Assembly (NCBI GenBank): GCA_030324005.1
Contig: JARDVH010000150.1
Span: 22,115,413-22,179,412, forward strand
Reading direction: 5' to 3'
DNA: 64,000 bases
Origin: Negaprion brevirostris
Lineage: Eukaryota
Shown here: positions 51,762-64,000 of the stretch, in pieces
How positions within the stretch are numbered: the first letter of the stretch is position 1
How the letters are laid out: every line of letters starts with the position of its first letter
Program-made: the position numbers and the translations under genes
Notes under the pieces: generated by a model
What the model saw: the letters and a program-made list of their open reading frames with translations, nothing else
Databases searched by the model: none
Told to the model about the DNA's origin: nothing

Positions 51762-54554
51762 CTGAAAGAAAAATGTAATAATGTGAAACAGTCACAAATC
51801 AAAAAAATTCTATTTTATAAATGATGTGGGATAATAAGCCAAATAGCATCCTCAATTTAAAGAAAATTCAAATAAGATTTTAGACTTCTATTTTGGGGAG
51901 TTGATGAATAACTGAGCAATTTTCCACATTAGACTTCAAGTGCCTGCAATCACTTCAAAATTAGAAATAGTCAGGATCACACTATTTACACTAACCTCAG
52001 ACCATTACTTCTAGTTGCTTCAGTTTTTTTTCCCCCCTATCTCTACATCATTTTATGGCCTTTGAGTGAGGCTGCTAATTTAATGCTACAATAGGCAGTG
52101 TCTATGGAATAACGACGAGTAAATGTTTAAATAATGAACAAAATTTATACAGAACTTTTGTACATAGATACGTTCCTGAGTGTGTGTTTGCATGCTGGGC
52201 AGAGAATTCTGTTCATTGCAGAAAGTGTGTGTGAAAATTGGCTATTGAGGTATAAACCGCAAGTAGTATACAGCAATTTTAAAAATGATGGAATTAGAGT
52301 CAGTGTGCAGTTGGATGCATGAAGGGTAGAAGTTATAAATCAGGGACAAATTGTGTTGGCAGTGAGCAGGTATAATATAAAAAAAGAGAAGAAACACTGG
52401 AGGAGATGGAGAGGTTGATAATAGCAACAGAAAATTTCTATTCCAGGACTACAGCTGGGAACTACAGGATGCCACCTTAGCGTCAAAAGAAGTTTCCAAC
52501 ACTGCTCCAGGCACCCCCAAGTAACTGTAAAGCCCACACCACTTAACTTGGGGAACACCACCTAACTAGGGAAAAGAGAAAAAAGATCTGCATTAGTACT
52601 TTTCACAGCCTCAGAACATCCCACAGCAGTATTACAAATGAAGCAAACTGAGCGCTGGGTGGTCTCAAGGTGCGTTTTAAAAATTTAAATATGATGAAAA
52701 TACCATGACAAGGAGAAGTAATTACATTATTAAATGGGAAGTGCATACATGTAAAGATTTTAATATCTTGCCATGTAACTCAAAGTATATTCTATTTTAT
52801 AACTGGTACTATCAATTTATAATGAGCAAAGTGCTGCAGAATATGCAAGCTGTACACAAGGGTTTGTGTAAATTGCTAATGGATCTCTGTGGCATTGCAC
52901 ATACTCAGCCAAACCAAATTAAGTCTTATGCTCAAGCAGAAAACAAAAATATGCAGAATCCCCCATTATAAATCCATAATTTGTATTTTCTTTATATCCA
53001 CACTTAAAAATAGAAACTGCCTATGTAAACCTGTCAGGTTGCAATGATATCTCCTACTGGGGGTAGCAGCAAAATAATACCTCCGCTGTGCACGTAATTA
53101 CAGGGTGACACAATTGAATAGTTAGCTACCATTAACATGGAGAGGGGGATTTAAAACACTGAAAAAGTTGACTAAAAGGTAGGTGAAAACAAAATTTTTT
53201 TAATAAGATAGACACAGATGATGCACATCACAAGAAGTGTATGAATAGATTCAATGTGGCAACAGATTTCCTAGTGGTACAGTAAAAGATGATGTTCCAA
53301 AGACAAAAGGCGATTGAACAATGGTCGATGGATCAGCACATGCAAAATTTGGCTGCAATGCAAATTCTCACGATAACTTTAAAGAATAACGTTTATGCGT
53401 GCAAGTAAAAAGGGCACCAGATTCACTGAAGGTTGGAAATGATCCAAAGTGTGACACAGCCTTTTGGAAGAGTGAAAGAATGGGCAAGAGAAAAACATTA
53501 AATAGGGTTGCTTACAGATTTGACGAAGGTTGATTAACACAACTTCTATAAAGGAAGATAAAAAGTGCATATTACAGAAATGACTTGAAAGTCTGTCATT
53601 TTTGTTCGATTTGTTATTCCATAATCTGAATGGTAAGCTCCTAACTAAACATCATAATTAACTTTCCATAAATTATCCTCATCAGGTGAAAATATCACAA
53701 ACAACGTTTTTCTTTTAGGCACAGGGCATGCCCACTTGGATCTGACAGAAGACAAATATCACATCCACTTAGAGACTTGATGAAGAGGCTATTATAATTC
53801 TGGCTACTTCTGAACTCTAGATTGTGTCCATAGCAAGATGGAGTTCTTGAAGATTTTTCTCATGACCCAATACATATATCCTTATATGTAGTACAAATAG
53901 GAACAGCATGACACAGAGTTAACAATGTATTCTTCTACAGAGTTATTTTGCACTGGAGATTACACATTCTGCTCAACACACATCTATTTCTGTTGGAAAA
54001 CACCATGCTGTTAACCTGCATAATTCAGGTTAAGGCTAGTGGTCAAATTTATTTACACAATTCCCATCATAGCATCACCTCAGTTCAGCCCCAGCACACT
54101 TGGCACTGCCTCTGGCACAGTTATGATGCCCAATCAGACACCGTCTGCTAGACATGCCACCAACCACCTGGGGGTTTCAATGGCCTCTGTCCCCCCAGTA
54201 TTACCAGGGTGTCTGGACCCCACTATCAGGAACCAGAAGTGAATTTTTCAACTGTGATATCTCACTGATGAGAGGGGAAAGCAGCAGTGAGGTTGAAAGG
54301 TGCTGTGCCAGGCCTGCTAACGAGAACGAAATTAATTCAATCCTATGCAAATAGGCTTCGCGCTCACCCACTGGCAATTTAATGGGAATTTAATGTATGG
54401 GACTAAACCAGTTCCCAGCTCCCATGCCGATTGACTGGCGAGTTGAGCCAGTAAGATAATGCCCCAAGAGTCAAATCTAGCTAATAGCCAAGCTCAATAT
54501 TGCTTTAGATTTGAATTTAAAACAATTTTATCCAAATTATTTGTCAAACCTTAC

Positions 54555-54687
54555 CTGTCTAATTGGCTGATGATCTCCTGCACCCTACCAACTAGTTTTT
54601 CATATTCTATGGGGCTGCTTCCAATGATATTGTGAAGTTTTGCCATGTACGTATCAAGCGTTCCTTCTGTCGGTGTTTCTCCAGTGC
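54555..54687 (-). CDS. HMG20B: HMG20B exon: (G)TGETPTEGTLDTYMAKLHNIIGSSPIEYEKLVGRVQEIISQLD(S)
   Basis: 133 nt, tag|GC...AG|gtaagg, open frame, similar to human GTGETPTLGTLDFYMARLH. Confidence 0.95.
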
Positions 54688-55057
54688 CTAGTTACAAAAA
54701 GTGAGAAACGGTATTAGGTAGCAGTCTGAAGATGAAAACAGAAATAAGAAGATTTGGACAGAAATCCCAATCATTTTCTGATGACATGGAAGAGACTTGC
54801 ATTGATTTTTTGAATAGAAAATGTTCCATATTTGCTCCTACTAAAAAATGAAATTACATAAGTCCACAATAGTGTCATTGAAACTAAATCTAAATGATGG
54901 AGCTACAATTTCTGAAACTGTTAAAATCAAGTGAAAGTTACTATATTTTTCTGCTCAAGCTATTTACATTGTCAGCAATACATACTCTTGCACTTCACTA
55001 AAATTCTAATACACATCATATCAGTGAAAGATACAATAAGCTACTTAATAAGATGCA

Positions 55058-55880
55058 GGGCAGAATTCTCCTATTTTGAGGCTAAGTGCAACGGTGGGAG
55101 TCTCCACATCACTTGTCCTACTGACCAGAATAGCAGAATCCTGCACTTGGAACCTTATTAATTTTGCACAAACATCTGGTGGATTTGAAGGTTTCAGCAC
55201 CATATTTAAATACCAATGCAGCACTTATCACTCTCTCTTGCCCACATCTTCACCAGATTGCTGACGTACAGCACAATGTGGAGGAAGCCTGTGCCTTGGT
55301 TTGGCCGCCACTGCCACCACCACCACCGGCCCCCCCCAACCTTCAAAGCACGCAAGCCCCATTTGGGCATCAGCCCATTTCAATTGGAGTCTGTGTATCA
55401 CCCTCTACTAGGGGAGAAGGGAGGAAATTAGGGTGAGGAGACCCCTGCACTCCTTAACCACAGGCAGAGTACTGATCTGGTTCACTGACACAATGCTATC
55501 CATGAAAACCAGCTCAGCAATAAAGTGGAAGCAGGAATCACTGTACCTGGCAGTGGTATAGTGCATCAGGAGCAATGCAGCACTGATAGAAAGTTGTTGT
55601 ACTCATCTCAGAGACTTTGATAAACTGAGGACCACGTAGTGTACACCACTCACTGGAAATCAAGTTTGATGCCAGCAGAAATTTCAAAGGGCCTGTTTGT
55701 GCTGTAGTTTTTCAATGTTTATTTATGAGATACAACTGGACATTTGCACCACCTGCTAATGGGAAGAGCAACCCACTATTGGGAGAATTGCAACGTGATT
55801 TTATGCCTGCGGGTTTTCGGCAGTTTCCCTGCACCCACTTGTCACCGAACCTGCCACAGGCTGGTTGGCAGAATTCTATC
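55058..55880. mobile_element. Decayed non-autonomous Harbinger-like element in an HMG20B intron
   Basis: Imperfect TIRs GGGCAGAATTCTCC / GGCAGAATTCTATCC; GC-richer interior. Confidence 0.4.
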
Positions 55881-56608
55881 CTGAGGCCTTCGAGGCCAGT
55901 GGGGAAGGATGTTGTTGTGATGTATTTATTTTTACATTANNNNNNNNNNNNNNNNNNNNNNNNNNNNNNNNNNNNNNNNNNNNNNNNNNNNNNNNNNNNN
56001 NNNNNNNNNNNNNNNNNNNNNNNNNNNNNNNNNNNNNNNTTACATTAGGTAAAAGTAAACAGATTGAAATCTTTGAAAAAGACTAAACCGGCCATCTAGA
56101 CAATTGAATGAAATAGGGAGAACCGAGAGTCTTACAATATAATTTACATTAACAAGGAATTCCGTTAGAAGTTGGAACAATTGCTGCATCATGCAGCAAC
56201 TGTAGATTCGCTGCAAGCATTCAAAAGTGAGCTGAGGTGGTCCTGGTGATTTTTAATTTCTTTAAATTGACCCAGGTTGTTGATTTGTCTTTGATTAAAT
56301 CTTTTTCTTTCTCCCAGAAGAGTGGTTGCTGTTGTGGGAGTGATAGGGTTCTTGATCCTCAATTGCACAATGATCATACGGGTCACAGTCAACTAATCTT
56401 TCATATTCCCATATGTAATATAGCCTCCTAATCTCAAGCACCTCCATACTGCTTTCTAAGGAAGAGAATTCTACAACTGACCTTCTGAGAGAAAACAATT
56501 TCAGGGAAAAGTTTAAAAAAGAATGACACCAATTATTCAGTGTGCTCCAAAAACTATACTACATATATTTCAATTATCGTTTTCTTTTGAATCATTTCCT
56601 GTTCTCAC

Positions 56609-56824
56609 CTGGAATGGGAATAGAAGCAAAGCTTGCAGTCAGGGCCTGGCGTACAGCCTGCAGTTGATGTTGCAGCGTCAATGTTTGTCTCTCCTCCAGT
56701 GCCAACTCTTGTTCTAGTTTCTCTTTGGCACTATTCATACTCTCTATATGTTTCTGTAAGATAACATTCTGCTCTTCAAATTCCACATTTGACTTCCTTA
56801 ATTTTCGCAGTTCTGATTCACGGG
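56609..56824 (-). CDS. HMG20B: HMG20B (BRAF35) coiled-coil exon: (A)[71 protein letters not shown]
   Basis: 216 nt, aag|CC...G|gtgaga; [28 protein letters not shown] is diagnostic of HMG20B rather than HMG20A. Confidence 0.96.
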
Positions 56825-58323
56825 CTTAAAAGAAAAACAAAAACCTCAACTAAAGTCACATTTCGGAGCTTGGAAGTGAAGTGAAAAGTTGCATATATTT
56901 CCTCAGCACTTTGTCTAAATAGAAGAGTACATTCATTTAAAACTCTTGATTTATATTATCTTTACCAAAGATTAATGCACTGCAGGAACACAAACTTAAA
57001 TTAGTGTGATCAGTCCCTTGACGAAGTAATTAAGGGTGGATGTTACTTCTTTCAGGTCCTGATGAGACTTTTACTCTGAAGAATTTAGAGAACACAAAAT
57101 CAAAGCATACCACACATATTCTATCTGAAAATAGACCAATCACATAGATATCAATGTTTGAAAACAAACATGCTCCAGGGATGCTTGTCTGGTCTAAAAT
57201 TACTCTAATGGCTAGAAAAGTAGCTAGTTAATGCAGCTCCACGAGAGGTCTTAAAATATATAGAACAAGCACTCCTCCTGGAAAAAATATTTGTTATGCA
57301 AAGGCAACTTATCTTCTGAATCACCAAAATGAAAGGTATCATTCAACTGCATACAGAATCTGATGAACATCCTCCCCTTAAGGTTTTCCAGCCTCACCAC
57401 CTCTAGATGTTCTATGGACAAGCCAAGGGGACCGGTGAAATCAGGTACCATCGAATTGTTTTCATGCAAAGTTATTCAGACTATTTGTATGTCATGTGCT
57501 TTCTCTTGAGGGTAGACTAACATTGTACAGTTCTTTTAAATGCAACTTTGCTGCTTACTATTTCATGTCAAAATAGTAAAAACTTTAAGCTAAAATAAGG
57601 GGCAGTAAAATACTAAAATAATCAAAGCAAATTGCCAAATAACTCCAATGGGCCCTGGCAACTTGCATTACTAGATTATTTAAAGTTACCAAGAAAAAAA
57701 ATGTTTTGTTTCCCTAATATGTTGCTCCCCTGAATTTAAGGAGCTAAATTCTGCATTCCACTGGCCCTTGAAGTCACTCTCAATAAATTGGTCATTTATT
57801 TTTACTCATGAGCACTACAAGGTGGTTTTGGCGTGTTACATGACCGAGGGAACACAATCCTATCATTCATTATGTACAAATTAGGATTGTTTTCCCCAAA
57901 ATTTACTTTTCACTAACTTCTATCAACAATCTACAATGATTTTATATTGTTGGGACTAAATGCTAATAGTGAAACATTGATTAATAATATCATTCAAGGG
58001 CAATGCTCAAATAATACTTTGAATAATTCAATGCTCGGCCTAATGACCTTATTTAGTAGATCAATGTTTTTCATTGATGCCAAGTTTTTCCAGAAGCCCT
58101 CTCCAGCAAGAGTGGAAACTGATAATTCTTCTGTCCCCTTCTCAGGAGATGCTGTAATAGCTCATCATCACACTGGAGACAAGCCAACTAGTTCAGACAT
58201 CAACCCTGAGATCACCTCAGTCTGCATGCCTCAGCACTATACCATAGTTTGCATCTGTCCACTAAACAAATCTTAATTTCCAAAGCAGACAAGCAGCATA
58301 AACACCAAGTAGAATTAAAATAC

Positions 58324-58402
58324 CTTTGGTCTGGTCAAGGAACTCTTCAGTAAAAATTGGGGTGTCAAACATGGAAATCCTGTCTGGTGAATCATCAGTG
58401 GC
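58324..58402 (-). CDS. HMG20B: HMG20B exon: ATDDSPDRISMFDTPIFTEEFLDQTK
   Basis: 79 nt, cag|GCC...AAA G|gtat; conserved FD.PIFTEEFLDQ.K motif; phases fit the neighbouring exons. Confidence 0.95.
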
Positions 58403-58429
58403 CTGAATTACAAGAGATAGACACATGAA

Positions 58430-59560
58430 ACATTGACCAAATTCTTTGATGATTCAACAGAAAAAAAGACAAGGGTAATGCAGAAGCAATTTATCTAGAT
58501 TTTCAAAAGGACTTCAATAATAGGAGACACTGCCTGTTGAGACTGATGAATAAGGGTCAAGGCAATCAGAGCCAGGGAAAGAGAGGCAGGATGAAAGGCT
58601 GGATGAAAGACATAAAACAGAAAAAAGATTCAGATTAGTAACAATGGAAATTGAGATCCCATGAGGATCAGTGGTGGAACTGCTCTCGTTCACAATTTAT
58701 ATCAACATTTTCAACTCTGGAATTAAAAACACAATCTCCGAATTCGCAGACAACTCAACTTAGGTGAAGATAATCAAACGATGAAGAGGACTGCAACAGA
58801 TTATACACAAGACAACATTAATAAACTTGCAAAATAGGTATATAGATAATTCATGGGCAGATGAATTTCAACATAGAAAAGCCTGAGGTATTACATTTTG
58901 ATCAGAAAGATAAGGTCACATATTACTTAGAACGTAACAATCTAGGGGGAATAAAAAGAGATTTGCAACAACACATGTAAGGTCATTTACAAAAGCAAAC
59001 CCAATTTGCTGGGTTTTCTAGAGGGAAATAATTTCAAAATTGATAAATTATTAAAACTTGTATCAATCTCGATTCAACCACACTTATTACTATGAAGTTC
59101 TGGTCAGCATATTGAACTATTGAGACTGAAAACAAAAAATGATGATACCAGAACTATGAGGTTAAGCCTACCAGAAAAATAGTGAACAAGTTAAGTCTCT
59201 TTTCTCTTAAAGAGAGGCTGAGAACTAGCAGAGGTCTCAAATTGAGAGGTTTTGATAAACTAGTCAGAGAGTGCTTCCACTCATAGGAAAAAAAAATCAT
59301 TGTAAGGTGGGAGTCAAACAGAATTTAAGAGCAACATCTTTACCAGAGAATGGTTAGAATGTGTAATTGTTAGTTCTGGGTTTAGTTGAGCAAATAAAAC
59401 AGATGAATTTGAGAAAAATCAAGAACATGAGGGGGAAGGGAAGGAAAGAGAAAAACGTTATGCTGACGGAACTGGATTAGTAAGGATGGGAGGGAATTAG
59501 GGTGGAGCATAAATATCAACATGAGCTGAAGGGTTTATATGTGCGCTGAGACTCTATGCA
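58430..59560 (+). mobile_element. Old CR1 LINE RT fragment
   Basis: IYLDFQK, GSVVELLSFTIYIN, SEFAD, WADEFQHRK-like remnants with many frameshifts. Confidence 0.75.
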
Positions 59561-61406
59561 ATTTCAAGACAACTAGTGCTTTACTCCTTTATAATACTGT
59601 GTTATTTTGCTTAAATTAGAATCTTATGTAAAATATATTGGTAAAAGTTACTGACATTGGTAACTTATTTTTACAATTTGTTCTTGGGAATATGTCGTCA
59701 CTAGCAAGGCTGGCATTTCTTGGCCATTTTAGCTGCCAGAAAGGTGGTGGTAGACCACCATTTATATGATCTACTGTGCAATAGCTTTCTAGGCCACTTC
59801 AGATGACAGTTAAGAGTTGGAAATACACCAGAGTGGGCAAGAGTAGGTTTTTTTTAACCTAAAAGACACTACTGAACCAGCTGTCTTTTTACCAAAACCC
59901 ATTAGCTTAATGATAACTTTTTCAAAAAAAATTGTCAGATTAATCAGGACGTAAATTGTCAAATGTCACAGTGGGATCATCAGACTAAGCCTCCTGATTA
60001 TTGGAAAAATAAATAAATTCTAACAACTTCTGGTATCGGGATGGTCATAGCCTAGAAGTATGACCTGGAGGATGTGCTATGGAACCCCTGGAAGTCCCAA
60101 CACAAGAACTCCACGGTAATTGCCCAGGAAGTTTCAAATTCCAATGGAGAATTGCCCTGTTCCACACGACCCACTGAGAATGTCTCAAACTCTACGAGTC
60201 AAGAGTTTGAGACTTCAGATAGCTCCAACTCACTTACCTGTGATAGATACCCAGGGAAACATTAGACAGGTCTAACTCCTGAGTGATTATACAACTGACA
60301 TTCCTGCCCCATAAAAATTTCCCAAAAAAAAGGATCTGGCTAGACTTCTCTGATGATTCTGCACTACCAGATGGGCTCCCAGAACAGGTATGCTCTGCAC
60401 TTCTGAAGATGTGTGGTTTGGAAGTTCGGGCCCGAAATGTGGAATTCCATCTTAGTGTAAAGATAGGGCAGCAAGGGGGCAATCTGACAGTGATTATCAC
60501 TCTTCAGAAGATCTGGCCTAATGTTTTCATTTCTCAGTAAGTGAAAAGTCATGAATTCATTCATTATTATCAAATTGTATCTGTAGGACAGCTGGGCCAA
60601 GAAATGAATGCATTCAGTATCTTCAAAGAAATGAGTAAGAAGGAAGTTAAGAATTTGACAAATATTGTTAGGAACTACAAAGTTAGAGTTTATCCTGTAC
60701 AAGATGATTGCGAACTTAAACCCAAATTCATAGGTTTCAGTCTTTATAAACTGGAGACACAAAAACCATTATAGTCATGGGAAGCAGTAAAGATGTTACC
60801 TAAAGAATGCAATCAAATCTAAAATATAATAATGGATTGAGAGAAATAAATCTAATAGTTTATCCATATGGAAAAGCAGCTTTACTTGTGGTGCATGCAA
60901 GTTTGGATAAATTGTGCAAATCTATTGAAATGTCAGATTTGATTATTTGAACAACCTTTTCACATTTCGTGCTTCATATTTTTAAAGTTCGTGTAAGCAA
61001 TTGTAAATAGGACTATGATTTTTTTTTAAAAATTCAATATGGGGAGTTTCAGGCTGGTGAAAAGTTGTATCTGAACAAGGAGGAGGAAAAGATGATACAT
61101 TCAACATAAAGTTAAGTATTAATAAAAGCAAAGTACGAGAAACCTCAGCAGGTCTCTTCACAGATACTGCCTGAGATTTTCTAGCTGTTTTTATTTCAGG
61201 TCTCCAGCATTTTGCTTTTATTATGGTGAAGTATTAATGATTACTTGCCATGGCTTCTATTAAATATAAAAATAACAATATTTGCATTACTTTCTTAGAG
61301 AATGAATGAAGTAATACATTGTGTATTTTTCATACTATTTGGACAGTACAGATGTAACAACCTATATTGATATAATTTTGGAATTATCAAAATTTTTACA
61401 GCTCAC

Positions 61407-61444
61407 CTTAGGGACTGGTCCATTAACTCCTGGCCACAACTCTT
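61407..61444 (-). CDS. HMG20B: HMG20B short linker exon: (x)ELWPGVNGPVPK
   Basis: 38 nt, ttttag|AA GAG...CCT AAG|gtgagc; phase 1 to phase 0, matching the next exon and the short post-HMG-box exon of HMG20B; sequence poorly conserved. HMG-box exons lie beyond the window. Confidence 0.7.
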
Positions 61445-61749
61445 CTAAAATTATGAAGTAAAAATGTTAGTTTTCTTTTAAATTTAAAATCGCTATAAAA
61501 ACTTCATTTACATAGCACCATTGACATAGTACAACATCTCAAGGTTCTTCACAGGAATGATCAAAACAAAACTTGATATCAAGCCACACAAGATAATAGG
61601 ACAGCTAACTAAAAGCTTGGTCAAAAAGGCAGTGCATTAAAAAGGAAGAAACAGAGGAAAGGCAGGAAGAGAGAATTAACGAGGAAAATCCTCAGTGTAA
61701 GGGTTAGCCAAACTGCACCTGCAGCCATAATGGATTTTTTTAAAGGGAA

Positions 61750-62900
61750 ACTTTTTTTTTTAAAGAGGTCACAGAAAGGTTGATGAGAGTAATGCTATTA
61801 ATTTGTGTATATGCACTGTCAAAAGGCATTTGAAAAAGAGCCACATGATAGACTTGAGAGAGAAGTTATATAGCTCACGGAGTAAAAGAGACAAATAGTA
61901 ATGATCAATGGATATATTTTGGGCTGGAGGAAGGATTGTAGTGGAGCTCCCCAAGGATCATTATTGGGAGCCTTGCTTTTCCTGAAATATATTAACGATC
62001 AAGATCGTGGTGTGCCGGGGACAATTTCAAAGTTTGTGAATGACATAAAACTTGGACGCATTGTAAACTGCGAGGAGGACGGTGTAGAACTTAAAGTAGA
62101 TATAGACAAGTTGATGGAGAGGGCAGAAAGATAGTAGATGAACTTCAATTCAGAGAAGTGAGAGGTGAAGTATAACAGTAGGACAGAGACAATAAATAAT
62201 AAGGGCTAAAATTTTAAGGGTGCAGGAGCAGAGGGACTTGAGTGTATTCATGCATTGATTAGGACAGGGGAGAGTGCAGCTAATAAAACATACAGTATCT
62301 TGGGCTTTATTAATGGGGGCATAGAGTACAAGAGCAAGGAGGCTATGCTGAACCTGTAGACAAGTTAGACCTCAGCTGGAATATTGTGTACAGCTTGGGC
62401 ACCACACTATAGGAAGAATGTAAACACACTAGAGAGAGTGTGCAAAAGAAGTTTGCAAAAATTGTTCCAGAGATGAGAGAATTCAGTTATGAGGATCGAC
62501 TGAAAAGGGTTAAGACAGTTCTCCTTGGAGCAAAGCCCAAAAGATTTTATAGAGGTGTTCAAATCATGAGACGGCTGGTCAGAGAAGATGGGAAGAAACT
62601 GTTCCCACCTGTAAAAGGATTAAGAACGAGAAGGCACAGATTTAAAGTGATCTGCAAAAGAAGCAAATGTGATGACAGAAAAATCTTTTTGACACAGCAA
62701 ATGGTTTGGGTCTAGAATGCACTACCTGGAAGCATAGCAGAGGCAGGTAAGAGGGTATTAGATGATTATTTGAATGGAAATGTGCAAGGACATGGGGAAA
62801 ACGTGACAATGAAACTAAGTAACAATCCATATTTGGAGAGCTGGTGCAGACATGATGGGCCTAGTGGCCTTTTTCAGCACCATAACAATTCTGTGATTCA
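61750..62900 (+). mobile_element. CR1 LINE RT C-terminal half and tail
   Basis: SGAPQGSLLGALLFLKYIND, ISKFVNDIKLG, FLTQQMVWV. Confidence 0.9.
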
Positions 62901-64000
62901 ATAGTAGAACATTTAAAATCATGAAAGTGCGAAATGCCAGATTTGGAGAAGTGCAGAGATCTCAGAATTATTGAACTAGAGGGAGCCACAGATCCGTAGC
63001 AAGGATGAGAATTCTGCAGGATTGAGAGCCAACATAGGTCTGTGAGCCAATGGACAATGGACAAACAGGATTTGGTACAGTCAGGACAGGGGCAGGAAAG
63101 TATTAAATAAATACGAGCATAAAGGAGGATAAAGTGTAAGAGTCATATACAAGCATCACACCTCTTCAACCTAGATAGACCAACTTGTACAGTTCTCACC
63201 TTCATTCTTAATTCCTCAGTCTACGCAACTGTCCCACTGTCAGACTTAAGCATGAGGTGCTTTTCTAGCCAATTAATTGAATCACAATTATTTTACAATA
63301 CTGTTATAAATAATCTTTACTATAACATTTTTCTATTGTCAACACATCACCAGCTTGTTTTGCAGAAAATAGTTAATCTTAAAAACTATTCAGAAATATT
63401 TTATTGTGCCTCACTTTTAAATCTACTCAGGGAGATCATACAGGTCACGGATCCTCTTCTCCATTAATAAGTACCTCTGATACATTTTCATCAAAACCAT
63501 GCCCATTTCTTTAAAACTAAGATGTGAAGAACAATTTTTGTCTCCCAGGTATAGACCATCCATGCGATTATTTGTTGCTATTTTTTATCCTGCTCCAAGC
63601 ACCCAACCTTAACAACATTCTCTACACTACAACACTGATCCTNNNNNNNNNNNNNNNNNNNNNNNNNNNNNNNNNTTTACCTCTAGCTCCCATTCAAATT
63701 CTGACTACTTAACCACCCTTGCCCTGGCCTCCAGCAAATTTTGACGCTCACTGGCACCCTAAATCTGTTCCTCAAGCACAATCTCATTTCCTTGTAAAAA
63801 TCACGATTATTCTGCCTCAAAAAAAAAAACAATTTTTAGAACCTGCCAGCTATCCTTTCCTTTACAAAATGCTTTAACATATTCTCACTTCCCAGCTCTA
63901 TGCCCAACTCTCCCAAAACTATTAAGTTTTCAATATCTGAAACGGGCTACTGCCATAACCAAAATCTCAAACTACATTCTCAGGTAACTTTGAATGCAGT

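Noticed and set aside
57055-57085. Hammerhead core CTGATGAG
   Set aside because: No helix II or GAAA following; likely chance.
62872-62892. RE1 half-site TTCAGCACC (also at ~55193)
   Set aside because: Right half GGACAG absent; this one is part of a CR1 tail.

Overview
Vertebrate genomic DNA, almost certainly from a shark: it carries HE1-type tRNA SINEs, Deu-domain SINEs, CR1/L2/RTE LINE debris, Penelope-like termini and several assembly gaps. Two host genes lie in tandem on the minus strand. The first is the 3' half of HMG20B, with five coding exons between 61444 and 51749 plus the 3' UTR. The second is the promoter, 5' UTR and 22-nt first coding exon of UNC13A (MSLLCVG), whose intron 1 appears to run off the left end of the window. 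Notable non-coding items are an RE1/REST site in UNC13A intron 1, a CRE plus a YY1/uORF element at its start, and a ~0.9-kb 10/20-bp GATC satellite abutting the promoter. Also notable are an orphan ~5-kb CpG-retaining domain upstream, palindromic Penelope termini with a decayed hammerhead-like core, and template-switch rearrangements. Most ORFs in the track are spurious or transposon-derived. I found no convincing novel biological system. All family calls come from recognition by eye, and repeat boundaries are approximate.
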